Shown here in pieces: positions 48,238-62,400 of a DNA stretch of 64,000 bases. Source of the stretch: Eutreptiella sp. 'Long Island Sound 2002' (taxonomy: Eukaryota > Protista > Euglenida); contig OZ038378.1 of assembly GCA_964036045.1 (NCBI GenBank), positions 174,964,001 through 175,028,000 on the forward strand. The letters are read 5' to 3'. Each line of letters starts with the position of its first letter. The stretch's first letter is position 1. The position numbers were made by a program, and so were the translations under genes. The notes below the pieces were generated by a model, which saw only the letters and a list, made by a program, of their open reading frames with translations, did not search any database and was not told the DNA's origin.

Positions 48238-49640
48238 TCAATGCATGGGGGGCCGTGGGGGGGTGGAAGACCTGGACCCTGCCGTGTCACAGGATATTGT
48301 TGATGCTGTGTCCTCTGGACTGCGTGTCCTGCTGGATGCATCGCTGACATTAAAATCAAGGGGGTCTGGGGGGGTGTCCTCCATTGGGACTAGGCACAAC
48401 TCCTCTAACAAGCAGAGCGAGGCCAGCGGAGTCATCGGAGACTCTCGCACTGGCGTCCTGAAGGTTTGCCGGTTCGGTCCCACCACTCTGGGAGTGGTAA
48501 ACTGGTCCAAGCCTCTGCGGGGCGTGACACTCGTCGACCGTGCCATTCCCCTCTTTATGCTGTAAATTGGCTCGAACTCTGGGGGGGGGGGGAGCTGGGC
48601 TTCGCTCTTTTGTTGACATGCACTGGTGTGCATATTTCCACATCCAGGAGCGGCGTGCCCCTGTCTGGAGCCCTGTGCATCGGCGGAGTCCCTCTCACTG
48701 GTGTACCCGGCTCAGCTGACACCTGGCCCAATGGTGTGGTAGGGGTGTCTGGGTCTTGGAGTTCCTCCGATTCCTCTGCACCCCTGCCCAAGAGTGACAG
48801 TTCATCAAACTCCTCTTCCTCATCTCCCGCTCCCTCCACCCTGCCCACCATGTTTACAGAAATGTGTCCAAACAGCAGGGGGGATGTTCGGCGTCCCACG
48901 TCCGCCAACTCATCGGCCTTGTGGTTGCCTTTGATTCCAATGTGCGAAGGCACTTGGATCCAGTGGACCTCGTGTCCACAAACATCTAACTGTGAGAGGA
49001 CCTCTTCCCACAAATCCACGTGACTCACCGGTCCGTTTGATCCCACCCACCGATGTCGTTTCCATTTTTGCGCTTTTCCCAATGCTCCATTCACCACCAA
49101 CAGGGAGTCGGAACATATGAGTGTTCGTTTGCCTCGTGTTCTACTCTGCAGCGCTCTCAGTGCCGCTCGGAGTTCCCCTCGATTATTGGTCTGTTTTTCG
49201 TGCACTGGGATAAACTCCGCCGTGTCCCGGCTGTCCCCAAAAAACACTCCATACCCTCCCACCTGCCCTGCTGATGTGTGCACTTCCGAGGATCCATCTG
49301 TATATATGATTTCCCACCCTGCCTGGGCATATCGTGCTATGATCCGTTCGTAATACTCGCACAGTTCTTTCTTGTGTAGTTCTTTCTTCCTGCGCTTGCG
49401 CTGTGGCTTCACCAGCCGTGGCGGCGTGCGATCCGCTGCCTGTTGCACCCTGGGGTGCCTCAGGCATTCCCCTTGTCCCAAGGACTCCAAAGCTTGTATC
49501 ATGAGCTGTGTTTCTGTGTGGGGGAATGAGGGATTAGGGTGCTCCATCCAGCCCGTGAGTATCTCCACCCATATCCGTAGGAAGTGTTGCCATTGGGGGG
49601 GCGCATGGATGTGGAACTTGTGGGCCGACCACCTGCTGGG
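48238..49640 (-). mobile_element. 5'-truncated LINE related to the 28-36 kb element, with an intact RNase H domain and C-terminal tail
   Basis: IYTDGSS, QTNNRGELRAA, CSDSLLVV, VPSHIGIKGNHKADELAD (complete D-E-D-H-D set). Tail DVEICTP...LVPMEDTPP...ASTISCDTAG aligns with DIQICTP...LVAMEGEEPP...ASTVSCSTEG at 28560-28210. Confidence 0.85.
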
Positions 49641-49757
49641 GGGGGGGGGGGGATTGCGGTCCCCCCCTGAAAAAATCGCGGTAAATTGCCGCAAAATTGC
49701 CGTAAAAGTTGCGGTCTTCAGAAACATTCCAAAATGGTCTCTGGAAAGGTGTTGCAA

Positions 49758-49970
49758 GGTCCTGGTGGTTTCTGCGTGGATGCTGATCTTTCCTGGGGTC
49801 TATGGATAGTTGCTGACAATTCTTGGTGGTCTCCGGATGGTTGCTGTTAATTCCTGGTGGGCTCTGGGTGAAACGTAATAATTCCTGGTGGTCTACGGAT
49901 GGATGCGGTTGATTCCTGGTGGGCTCTGGGTGAATGGTAATAATTCCTGGTGGTCTACGGATGGATGCTT
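49758..49970. repeat. 31 bp minisatellite, 7 copies, partly dimeric
   Basis: CCTGG/CTTGG cores at 49761, 49792, 49822, 49853, 49884, 49915 and 49946. Confidence 0.85.
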
Positions 49971-50674
49971 CACCGGTCTTTTGCCCTTGCCAGAATCACT
50001 GTCCCGAGAGGTTGACGACATTTCAGGCACACAAAAACAAGGAAGCGCACTGCCACAGAAATAAAATGCAGGACAGAGCTGAGGGCTCAGGTAAATGGGT
50101 AAACATCAAAGCACAGGGGTGGGATTGGGGCCATAACAAACTCGTGTGGTTACAGTGTGCCTAGTAGTGTGCCTAGTGATAGCAGTGGGAGTGAAAAAAA
50201 TTTCCTCGGGGGAAAAATGAAACTTTTGAGTAGAGGCAACACTGAAAAATTGTAGTAAAACTGCGGTACATTGCAATAAATCGGCCCACAACCCCCCTCC
50301 CCCCCCCCCCCCCCCCGCAGCCACCTGTCCCCCTGCTGAACCTCCTGCCTACCCTGCTGAGTTGCCTCACGGGCTGTCGGCTGCCTAGTGCCACGTTTGT
50401 GATCCTCCCCTGTCCGCATCCTCCTCACACGGCTCAGCCACCAACACACCAGGGGAGCCCCCATTCTGCCCGGCTGCTGTCATTGTACGGAGAGCACTAG
50501 GCGACGGGTCCAAGACCATGTTGCAGGGATGAGGAGCGGTCTTGTGTGGAGAAAAGAGTCCCTATAATGGTCAAACAGGCTGGCGCTCCAGGGTGTGTTC
50601 AGTGTGTGTCCATTTGTGTGTGTGTGTGTGGTGTGTCTACGCGTGTAATCTGTATTATTTACAAGGGTAAAGGC

Positions 50675-51225
50675 TGTAGTATTTACGAGGGCATGTGGCT
50701 TTTATTGTCTGGACGTTCTTGGGTCAAGGAAGGGCCTCTGGATTGCATTATTTACGAGGGCATGTGGCTTTTATTGTCCTTGGCGCTCTTGGGTCTGAGA
50801 AGGGCCGTGGGTTAGGGTTAGGGTTAGGGGGTTAGCCTAAGCCCTCGTCCTTGGTCTCCCCCCCATGGCGACCCGGTGCGATGGAAGGACAGGGGCGCTG
50901 AGGTCACGTATCTTCCCCTCCCACCCTCCCATGGCCCCGCCGCGGGTCGCCCGTGCGCCCTGTGGAGGCCGAATTGGCACCCGGCCTCTGTGAGGCCATC
51001 TCCTTATCAACCCCCCCCCAAGGGGGCAAGGGGCCACATAATCCTCCCGTCCCAAACAGCTCATTCCCACGGAGGAGAGAGCCCGTCTACACGTGGGGCT
51101 GCGGCCGGTCCAACGCCTACCTCAGCTGTACTATTTACGAGGGCACGTGGCTATTATTGTCTTGGACGCTCTTAGGTCAGGGTCACACCCATGGGATTGG
51201 GTTAGGGGTTGGCCTAAGCCCTCGC
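50675..51225 (+). repeat. Repeat unit ending in telomere-like GGGTTA, three TATTTACGAGGGCA copies
   Basis: TTTACGAGGGCAYGTGGCTWTTATTGTC at ~50682, 50751 and 51134. GGGTTAGGGTTAGGGTTAGG at 50809-50835. Confidence 0.7.
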
Positions 51226-53487
51226 CCCTGGTTGTATGATTTACTAGGGAGATCCACATGTAGCTTGGGAGTGGCAGGCACATTCGAGCAAGCTTCAGAG
51301 TCGGCTCTCTGTGTGTCTCTGTGTTTGTGGTCCACCCTTTCTACCGAATCGGAACCTTGGCACATTGACCGGATTATGTGTGTGCAGTGTCTGCATTGCT
51401 TGCCCTCCCATGCCCCTAGTGCTCGCCCTCACATGCCCCTGTGAAAACAAGGCGCAAAGTTGTATATCCATGTCCTCTTCCATACCCTGAGGCACGGAGG
51501 CCGGGGGGGGGGGGATTGTTGACTGTCTCTTAAGTGGTTGCGGAGTATTTGGTGTGTGCGGGGAACGTGTACCGTGCAAATCCTAAAGATGTGCGGAATC
51601 CTAATTTTTGCGTTGAGTGTTTTGAATTAATAATAAGCAAAATTTTGGCAACGGCATGCAAAATGGGCAAAAATATTTTATTTTTGCAATTTGTTTTTGC
51701 GGAACCCATTTTTGCGTAGGGTGTTGCACCAAAAATTACTATTTTTTTGTGTTTTTTTTTTTGCGTTCGGGGATTGGGGTTGATTCATTTTGTTGCTATT
51801 GCAAGAGACCGTGCGTACCTTGGACTCTGGGATTGCAGTCCATAGCATAGATGAGCACCGACAAGCATGATTCAGGTCTACCGGTTTTTCAACAAACCAG
51901 TTGCAAACTCGTCCATAATAGTGCCCATGGCACGTGAAATGCTGCCTTGTCATCTTGTCTCGATAATAGTGCATGAAAACCCAGGAGAAACCCTCGACCC
52001 GCGGGTTTACTCCTTTTTACCAACAACCAACAACCAACAACCAAATTCGAATCACAAATGGACTGGCAATCAAATGTCCCGAACTAGCCCCTTTATCTGC
52101 TTTGGGGCACATCAGCATCCAGATTGAAATATCTAATATTGTGACAATCTTGGATGCCCTGATACGTGGTCGCCGATTCATTATTCTCTGAAAGCAAAGC
52201 AAGGTGCAAAATGGGGCATGAGACGCGGAGCGGGGGGGGGGGGGGGACAAGCAGTGGGGCAAACACAGCATCTCTCCTGTGATTCTGGCATTCTTGCAAA
52301 AAGGGGGGGCATGGGCAAAAAATATTCTATTTTGCGTTTTTTTGCGGAACCCATTTTTGCGTAAGGCATGACGCCAAAAATTAATTTTTTTTTTGTTTTT
52401 TTTTTTTTGCGGACATCAACATCCTGTGGCGGGAATTAAATATTTTCACAAATCTTTAGGATTCGCATGGTATGTCCTGCGTGCGGGAGGAGGACACGGC
52501 GTTTCTTCTGTGGCAGATCTTGGGATGAAGATGGTCACTTGCGGGGGTGCTGCTTCCTGGGTGCTATTACTTTGTGGTGGCCCCTGCCACAACAATGTCT
52601 AACGCCTCTCCTGGTGACAGTGCATCTGGGGCATGGCGGCAAGTTGTGCAGCATACACGTGTGTGTGTGTGTGTGTGGGTGGGTGGGTGTGGGTGGTTGT
52701 GGGTGTTGGTGACAATGGGAGTGTGTGGGTGTTTGGGTGTGCTTTGTGTGCGTGCGTGCGTGAGATGACTCACAAATGTTTGCACAGAAAAGCGGCGGGC
52801 CGCCCATGGTCAAGGCGGGACAGGATTTACCACCACACCCACAGCCACAGCGGTATGCTTGTTCATCCCAAAAATTACCCGCATGTCGTTTCGCACCACG
52901 TGCTGTGCATATGTGTGTACGTGTGTTGCAGAGAGCAGATCGGGTGAGAGGAGACTCGGGATGGATTGCCTGAAGGACCATAAAAAACAGTGTGAGAGAT
53001 TGGGCTTCAGGACAGAGACAAAAATGAGAGTTACAGTGTTGTTGTTGCAAAAATCTGGCCTTCAATGATTTGCATGCATGTGGTCGTTCATGCTGACATG
53101 GACCTCTCACACACAGACTGTGGTAATCTAAAGTTTCCGGCTGTTCCGAGAACCCCGCCCAGTGTCACGCACTCCACACCACAAGCAGTCCACACCCCAC
53201 ACATATCAAGATTCCCAAAGCCCGGGAATCAAAATGGTTGAAAATCAAACATCAAGATCAGCAGATGGCCCTGCAAAGCGTTGGCTACGGTTTGAGACCA
53301 TGTTGTCTTTGCTCAACCCAACTTTGGCATCACATCACGAGAAGCATACGTGCTCACTCGCACAACGCACCCACCGTGCCCAATGCCCTGACAGCCAACC
53401 ACGCTCTTGAGGAGTAAAGGGCGAGGGAAAAATCCCTTTGCACTGGCCACGACCTCACTCCTCACTACCCGCCGCCCCCCTGCACAC

Positions 53488-56400
53488 CTTCTGGTGCGGG
53501 GGAGAGCCGAGGTGTGGCGACCCGAGAGTAGTCGCGTTGAAGGACGCGCTGCGGCGCATGGATGGGGACGGAGATACAGGGTAGCCCATGTCGGAGTTCG
53601 GTCGCATGGTAACGCTGGGGGAGGAACGGTGCGTGGGGGTCCCGGCGTATTCGACCCCCACCGAATTGAAACTCAGCCCTCGGTACGATGGCCCGTCTGC
53701 CATCGGCCCCCGGACATTTGAGCTCGGGGATCCCCACCGTGAATCGAGTGGCTCCAGCGGTGCGGGCGCAACCCGGGCTGGCGACTTTGAGAAGCCATTC
53801 GTCAGGCTGTTCGGGGAGGTCAAGGGGCGCCACATGTCGGAGGCGCTGTCGGAGAGGCTGCCCCGACGCGGCGCGTCAACGAGCGTGGCAGCAACAGGGT
53901 ACGGGAGTGGGACCGGGGGGGAACGAGTCGGGAGAGGGGCGGTGCGGACGGAGCGGACGTCGCTGTCGACGCTGTAAGAACTGCCGGCGTCACTGCACAG
54001 CAGCGATGGCTCAGAAATGAGGTGCATGGCAGAGTTGAGGTGTACATACCCATTCAACTACTTGCGGTTTCGACAATTTCATCCGTGGTGCAGGCTCAGA
54101 CCCAGGAAGTTCACGAAAAATGCTCTATTATTGTAGAGGGTTGTGAGCAGGTGTCAAAGGTTGGGAAGGTCTAGGGTTGCCGTGTAATGCCCGGGATTGT
54201 TGACCAGGGGTCTTGGCGGGTTGCGGAGCCTTTTAATCGCTGCAGATTGTTGAAATCACTGTGCAGGGCGGTGGAGGGGCTATGCATCAGGGTTGCGGAA
54301 AGTCCTTCAAGGTGTAACAGGGTTTTCCAAGGTTGTTACAAATATTCGAGGGTTGTTGAGAGGCTATTGAGGATAATGCAGAGTGTCGAGATTCCTTGAG
54401 GGTTTTTGAGGGTTGCAAAGGGTTGTTGCGAGCCCTCGAGGATCCTTGAAAATTGGGTGTGCATGGTTATGTAGGGTTGATGATGGCTGGTGGGGCCTGT
54501 TGAGAACTGTCTAGCATCGAGAACGGTTTTGAAGGGTTGTGGAGGATTAACAAGAATTGATGAAGGCTGAAGGGTTGTGATGGTTGTCGAGGGTTGTTGA
54601 GCATTGTGCTGTGGAGACTGATGTTGAAAGCTCCCGGCACCGTCCCTGGTTGTGGGGCTACCCCAATTGCTATCCCATGTTGCCAATCCCGTGTTGCAGG
54701 TGCTGCAGCAAAGCATTGAGAATAATTTGAAACCACAGCACGTCCGAAAAGCGGCACGGAAACAGCAAATCACGCACTGTGAAAAGAACCGGGGGTTACA
54801 TACACATTCTCAATCACAAAACCCCTGAACGGCTGCAACATTCCCCAGGGGCTGCCTGACAGACGCAACAAACCGGCACCATCGATGTGAACAACTTGAA
54901 GCAAACATAGCAAAACACCTGCGGGCATCACTGTTGGAATACGTTGGAAAGGAGTGCACTGCAAGCGGCTTGTCACGGCGGTTGGTGTTCGCAACCCTCG
55001 CACGGACGATGCGGTGCTGGCGGCACCACATGAGAAATTCATGTATAGTGAGGCTCGTTTTGCCATCTGGCATGGAAGATGCATCGTATGCGATCTCCAA
55101 ATTGTCACAGAGCTGTTTGATGCAGTTCCTGTTTGAACGCGATTCGATCACAGGGGCCATGAAAAACAATGGTTGGGTTAGGATTGGAACAAACGTGATT
55201 TTGACTTAGGAATATGGACGTTAAGGGGGAGCCAAACACCCCCACCACGGGAGCTCTGTTTGGAATCTCTCAATTCGCTCTGGTCGTGGTTCGCAGTTGC
55301 CCTTTTTCACCCGTCGCAGCCCATGGAACGTTGCTTTCATGCAATTCTGGTTTCTTAGAATGCAGTTGGTGGATCGGCGGGTACGTTTCTCAGTCGCTAT
55401 CCACTCATGCGGTATCTACCCACAAGGTCCGATTTTCCTTCCTTCATTTGGCATGTCCCCTAATTCCGCCTGTTTCCCCCTTGTTTTCCCCTGTTTCCCG
55501 TGCTGTTGGTGAGCTATTTTTCTTTGGCGTTGAGACCACTGATCCCTGTAAATATCAGTTCTGTTATGTGTTCTCATGGTGTGCAACACCATGCCACATT
55601 TCCTACCCATCAGTTTCGACAGCTGAGTGTGTTGCAAATGCTACTCCAGCATTCCAATCTGAAACCAAACTGACCTTGATGCACCAAAATTTTCATATTT
55701 CACAAAATTATCACTTGTCTGCAAATGTAAATGGTGGAGAAATGAGGGGAAACCACAGTGAAACCCGGAAACAGCGAGGAAGGTTCACAGCCAATAGTAA
55801 AAAAAAGGGAAATGGGGGCACAAGAAAAGGGTCTTCTTCTCTTTCCAAACCATCGCCCTTGTCTTCTGCATTCTTTGTCTTTCGTTGGATTTGTGCTTTC
55901 AGTCTCCCCTATCTTTCCTTGTTGCAGCCAGAAATGCCCCATCACATTTTTCCTGTGCCCAATGGCGTCTGTGTGTGAAGCCCTCAACATTTTGCGGGCT
56001 GTGGAGCCAAATGTTCACTTCCTTCGGCCATTCTGGTCCTTAATTGCCCTGGGTTTGGGCACCACATGTCAAATGCGGCAATTGGTCTATATTTGCCGCA
56101 GCCAAGGACTAATACATACAGGAACATTGTAGCCACTTTGCTTCTCTTCGCTTTGCAGACCCCAATACAGCAGCCCTACTGAGCCACCAGCAAGGGAAAA
56201 GCCAAAATGGTGGCTCGAATTTGGCCATGACAGCTTGGAGACTCGATAAATATCACTTGGAGATGAGTGACCAGGCAAAATACAACCCAGTAAGGATAGG
56301 CAACACACTCCATGGGCTGAGGGGGAGGCCACAACAATACCCCCTTAGCAAGGGATGGTCCACACGGGTGGGTGGCGAAAGCCACCGCCCAAAGGAGCAA

Positions 56401-59400
56401 GCGCCTAAAGGCCAAAGCCACCCTCCCAACACCCTCCCAACGAGAGCACATCGCTCGAGCTGGCGGTGAACATGCCCTTCTCGCCAGTAGCAAGGAGTTG
56501 CTACGTGCGGGCACACAGGGCACACAGGGCAGTAGGACGGGTAGAGTGCCAGAAAAAAATTCCTTCCTGCATCCCACGGGGGGGGGGGGGGGCGACTACC
56601 AACGGTCCTGATGCGACCAGCCCCCAGCTATCTGTCAAAACTCGGGGGGGGGGGGGGCAGCTGGGGTCGGGGGGGGGGATGTTCCTGCCGGGGGTCGGGG
56701 GGGGGTCTGGCCGGGGGGTCAGGGGGCGTCCAGCCAGGGGTGAGGGGGGGGGGTTAGGGTTAGGGTCACCGAGCTGGTGGAACCAGTCTTGGTTTTATAA
56801 CCCTTTTTAGTGTCTAGGGTGGACCTACCAGGTTTAAGCAGCAGCAAGCAAGCAGCAAGCAAGCAGCAAGCAAGCAGCACGTGCGAAATGGGGGAAAATC
56901 AGAACTCCGTCGTGGTGCTTTGGATTTGGTTGAAATTTTGGTGCATGATACCTATGGTTGTGAAGTACAATCACACAAAGTTTGAGCGAGAAACTCGACG
57001 GTGGCAGCCGGGAACGGGATTCGCAAGTGGCGGACCTCAGTTTCAAAAACTGCAGTTTAGGGCCAAAAACAGCCATTTTTGGGCAAAAAAGCCCTGGAAC
57101 ACATTCAAAACAGCCAACCAAACAAAGGGAAATGGCGGGTACACTACACGTGCGGCTTGACTTCCCCGTGTCAACGAGCTCTTTGCGGCCCTCTAACTCC
57201 ATGATATGTCCCGGAAACGGCCCAAAAAGGCCCCCAGAAGCTCCAAATGCCGACAGCCACAAACCAAGAATAGGCCATATCTTTGGCTACATGGCTCAAA
57301 ATGCGATTCCGAGGGCACCTACTCCACCCGCAATCCCCCACTTTTTGTGGTTTCCACCCCTCAGAATTGCCCAAACGGACGCCTAGACCCCCGTACCTAG
57401 GCCCACTAGGCTGCGCCAAGCTGCAAGCTCAAGCCCAAACAGGTGGGTGCCCAAATGGGTCAACAGGGTCCAGTAGGGGCAAAAAGATGACTTTTCTTAA
57501 AAATGATCCTAGACCATGTGCGACGCTAAAACAAGTGTTTTTGGACTGTTTTGAGCTTGTGGTGGCCCATTTTGGTCCTCCGCAAATCCCAAAATGCCTT
57601 GAAAATGGGCTGTTTTGGGACCAAAAAAGGGTCAAAAATGGGTCAAAAACGCATTTTTCCAAACCTCATCGTAGACCATTTGGGGTGCACAAACGGGTGA
57701 AATGAGCCCATTTTGAGCCCATTTTGAGCCCATTTTGGGGCATTTTGGCGCCTCAGAAGTCCAAAAAGCCTTGAAAGTGGGCCTCGTGGTGATGGGGTTC
57801 ACTTGCAAGCTGATTTCACTTTGTCAAGAGCCATCAATGCGTGAATCATTCTTGATGTCCTTCACCATTCATAGCTGATGTTCCCTCCCCCACCAGCTCG
57901 GTCCCAATATTGAGTCTTGATTAGGGTTAGGGTTAGGGGTTAGGGGTTACGGGTTAGGGGTTACGGGTTAGGGGTTAGGGTTAGGGCTAGGGTTGCTGTT
58001 AGGGCTTGCAGCCCTCCTGTAGCCCTCCTTCAGGTCAAAAATTTTTCTTGTTGTTTTAACACAAATATGAATTCTCTACAGAATTTTGAGTATTTTGAGT
58101 ATAAACACATAGTATGAAAAAAAAAATTGGCGCCTTTGGCGCCGGACAGTTTTCTCTAGGGACACTTGTTGAGGGCCGACCCGGCACCACTATCTTTCAA
58201 AACCCGGGGGGGAGGGAGGGGGGGGGGTTGGGGGGGGGTCGCATTCAAGGACCCGGCCCGGCCGCCCCCCCGTGCTGCATCCCCAACTTTCGAGGAGCCC
58301 TGCCGACTGAGTTAGGTTCCTCAGAGGCAAGTTTGGGGGGTTCCAGGGTTTCCCTTGGAGCTCCCGGTTTTCCCAGGTTTTCGCCTCTGAGTTCTCCGGA
58401 TTTTCCTATGATGGTCTGAAAAAGTGCGAAAAGGTAAGAAATTGGCAGGGGAAAACGGGGGAACAGGACTTGGAGTGTCAAGGGTTGAATGCTACCATCG
58501 ATCCATGTATGGATGCATGCATCGCAACTGCTGAACCCGCAAAATGCACGCCTGCCTCCAGCACCAATCTGCAAACAGCGGCCATGTCTTTGGGCTCGCT
58601 GCTTGTGGATGCGCTGACTGGGATCCCAAAAGAGGTCAATATAGTCTGAGACACAGCATCCGAAATGCAATTGCAGAACAAGGAATGCGAACAACTCACA
58701 TCTGGGCAGGACTGCATGCATACAAAATGTGGTCTCTGCCTCAGGGCCCACACATCATGAGGCACAAGCACACCTGTCCAACTCCCCTGTACAATCATCA
58801 TCCAATTCCTGAAACTTTTTGACAATTGCTTCATACTGAACACAGAACATGCCACTTGCGAGGGCACTCATCCCCTCCCATACTATACCAGCAGCGTCCC
58901 CAGCATCGGCTACACGGCACCCTGGGGCCCACATCACCGATCCCCATAGCAGGGAGGTCTGGTGCTGCGCATCCATCCACCACACGGTCTCCCAAGGGTG
59001 CTCAGCCCCTCACGGAAGAGCCCCTGATCCCTGACTGTCTGTGGAGCCATGCCACAACTCTACAGGAGGGGGGGGGGTTCTGTGGCACGGCCTCTGCGGA
59101 GCGATCTCAATCACAGCCTTCCCCTCTGGTACAGACAGTAATCGCCATACTGTCCCCGCCAGCAGTGACCAGATGATTCCCATGACTGGCCCATCACCCG
59201 AATCTCAGAGAAGCGCAGCACTTGGTGATGCTCCTTTGGACTTCTCGGCGGTTCAATGCCCAGTTTAGTTTTCGTGTGGCCTCATGCCGCAGGGGGCATC
59301 AGAGATCATGTCGGTGCTGACGATTGGGGCTGGGACGAAATCCTTTGGGGGGAGGGTTACCTCTTCGCCGGACAATCCGTAATCTGCTGTGGGACGATGC

Positions 59401-62400
59401 CGCTGTTGCAAAATATGGTTAACAAACTGTTCTAAAGAAAGCGCTTTGCATGGGTCAACCTTGGCACTGTGGAACACGCTGTCAAGAGTGCTCTGTGAAT
59501 GAGGCGTGAGAGGCAGTGTGAAACTGGAACGAAAGACTCCCCGGAAAAGAGGAGACTGCGAGCAACGGGTGGGTGATGCGAAGGGAAAGATTCATGTGCC
59601 ATCTGGGATATTGAATGCCCAACGGCTGGCATCATCATTGCATGGACTACTCCAAATGGTCCCCAACCCCCATCCCGTTGGGGGGGCAAAATCCACTCAT
59701 TCGGTCTCAACAATTCAGGCTGTCCGCACACTGTGTGAGGACCCAAAAACCCCTTCCTTTTGGCTGTTGTGCACTTACAGTCCTTTGGAAACCCAAACTC
59801 AAAATTTCACTCCTTGGTCTTTATGCCATCCATGAGCAGTTGTGTATCAGAGATGTGCAGAACCCTAGTGGTGTGTGGACTTGATTGTCATATGAAAGAA
59901 CAGAATATCTTCCGAGCAGAACATGAAGTGGGGTGGTAATGAGGCTCCGGATGCTGTCCTCCTGTTGATAATCCACCTTCTTCCCACGTTGTTGTTGTAC
60001 AGCCCATACGTGCCATACTTGACAACATGTTGAGCCCACCGGGCTGCTTGGGCTGATCAAGTTGGTCTTCTTGGCAGCAGTTGTCACATTGCTTTCGTTG
60101 GTCCCTGGTACTGACAAGGTGCTCTCTTCTTTGCAAAAAACGGTGCTAATTGAAAGTACTGCACACACAATGTACACAACAGAAGCCCTGTTGGCTTTTT
60201 CGGATGTTGTTCCTGAAACCGGACGTATTGAGTTATGGTAAGGTTGAAGTCAATGTTAACCCCTTGTTGCCACAAGCAGAACAGTTTGCGGTGAGAATTG
60301 TCTGTTAACAGAGATGGAACATAGTTGCGCGTAGGTATTTCTCACCACAACACAGGCACCTTCATTAAGTGGTCTTTTTTGCCGCTACTGCCAGAAATGC
60401 ACTGATTCAGGCTACGTTTTGGGCTCTTTCGGGCGAACTGGGTCCCTGAAACGGGGAGGGGGGGGGGGTGGCAGTCCCCAATTTCACAAACGAATGTGCA
60501 AAAAACTGCCACCTGGCGTGTGCACAGCGTTCGTGTACACCCGAATCTCTGCAAGAAAAGAAAGGTTTGCTGAGGCTGTCACGATTGTGAATCGTTGGGA
60601 TTGAGCTGTCATGCAAGAAAATGCGGGAAATGTAGGTGTGGATGAAATGCGACGCAAATTGTCTCGTGCGTCTAAAACCATCAAGACCCTTTACACAGCG
60701 TCTTCTTCAACAGGCACTGTTCATTTCTTCGTCTTCTTGCTCGCCACTGCCTGATCGTTGAGCAGGCTGGCAATACAGACGCATCGCACTTTGAGCAAAT
60801 TTGTTCCTGATGCTAGAAATCCGCTCAGTCATTCGGGGTGATGAGCACAAGGTCCCCAAAAACGCAGACTTGAAAGGAGCAGATTATCAAAAAAGGTTAT
60901 GTCTGCAGATACTTCAAAATATCCTCCACCTTACGGCTCGAGAACCCAAAAGCTCTTCGCGGACTTAGTCTTGCCCACACATCGTTGTGCAACCAGTTCG
61001 CTCTATCTCAAGCACTTTCAACGCGTCCATGATGCTGCACTCGAAGGCTGCATGAACATTGCCGGCACAAACCTCCACCAGGCCCAGAGTACCACATATG
61101 CGCCCCCTGGGGAGAGGGTGGGGTTGCAGGTTGACGTGTTGTGCTTACTTTGAAAGCGTCAGCTCAGAGCAATCGCAGTACGCGTCACATGTTCTTAAAA
61201 ACTCAGCACCTGACTTGCACAGGGGGGGGGGACCCCTCGGTTCTGAACGCCAACTACCCCCCCCAACTAACTGTTGGCCGGAGGCCCCTTGGGGGGGGGG
61301 GGGGAGGGGGGGGGGGGGGGGCATCTGAGGGGGGGTTCAGGGAGGGCGAATGGGGGGGGGGGGATAAGAGGGGCAGGGGGGGGGGTCCGGGAGGGTCGGG
61401 TGGGGGGGGGGGTCCAAGTGGGGCAATTCGGGGTGGTGGTGGTGGGGGGGGTCCAGGTAGGGCAATTTGGGGTGTTGGGGGGGGGGAGGGTTTGACCATG
61501 CCAGCCATGTTGATTGGGCTGAACAAGATCCCCCGAATTTCGTTCATGGCTGCTTTTGCCACATCATTGCTCTCCATTTTGGACCCCAACACTCACTCTG
61601 ACCAGGGTGAGAGCCAGGGCTAGGGTTAGGGCTAGGGTTAGGTGTAGGGGTGGGAGTAGGCCGAGGGTTGGGGGTGGGCGTTAGAGTCAAGGTTGCGTTT
61701 AAGGATAGTGTTGGGGTGCAAATTGGACAAAATTTTCCTTAGGGCACCTTTGGTGTTCATGTAGCATCGGGCGCCTTAGGCGCCCATGGACGCCTGAGGG
61801 CGACACCTTTGGCAACTAACTGTTGGCCGAAGGCCCCTAGGGGGGGGGGGGGGGGGGGCAGGGGTAGTTGGCGTCCCAGGACCCGCGGAGTCGCCCCCCC
61901 CCCCCCCCATGCTGACTTGTCAACTGTGAGAGTGTGGTAGAGAGAGATGCACACCTCGCCGTACGGGTAATTCATGTATTTGCACAACCGTTGCAATTCA
62001 GCTTTGCTCAATTTGCCTTCCCCTTGATCAAACGTAAAAAAGAGCATGGCCAACTGGTCATATTCATCCTGAACGCAAACAAGTTCGTGTAACCCCAGAA
62101 GAACCCGATGGATGTTTTGCGTGCATACTGACGCATGCACCACCGGCACCAACAACATGCGGCCAGACCATCAAGAGGAGCAAACTGAGACAATGCAATG
62201 ACACGAGATACGAAGAGCCACGTTGGCACCGCAAAATATGCAATTCAAATGCTGACCTCTGTGTGGCAATTACCAGCAATTACGGCAGTGCACCATCTGT
62301 GCAAGAGCAAAAGAAACACTAGGAGTCTTGTTGGTACCTGTGCAATTTCAAGCTTCTCCCAAGGAGGTGTCTTATCTTGGGATACGGGGTCAATGCTTGT

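Noticed and set aside
49758-49970. Possible CRISPR array
   Set aside because: The units are contiguous 31 bp repeats without unique spacers. There are no cas genes and the context is eukaryotic. The same applies to 10982-11146.
58270-58415. Candidate extra exon of the EF-hand gene after a strong pyrimidine tract/AG
   Set aside because: It gives an immediate stop in the phase required after the 58774 donor and has no clear donor. The 55128 exon continues the EF-hand properly.
61254-61592. Polyproline/polyglycine ORFs
   Set aside because: Translations of intronic G-runs.
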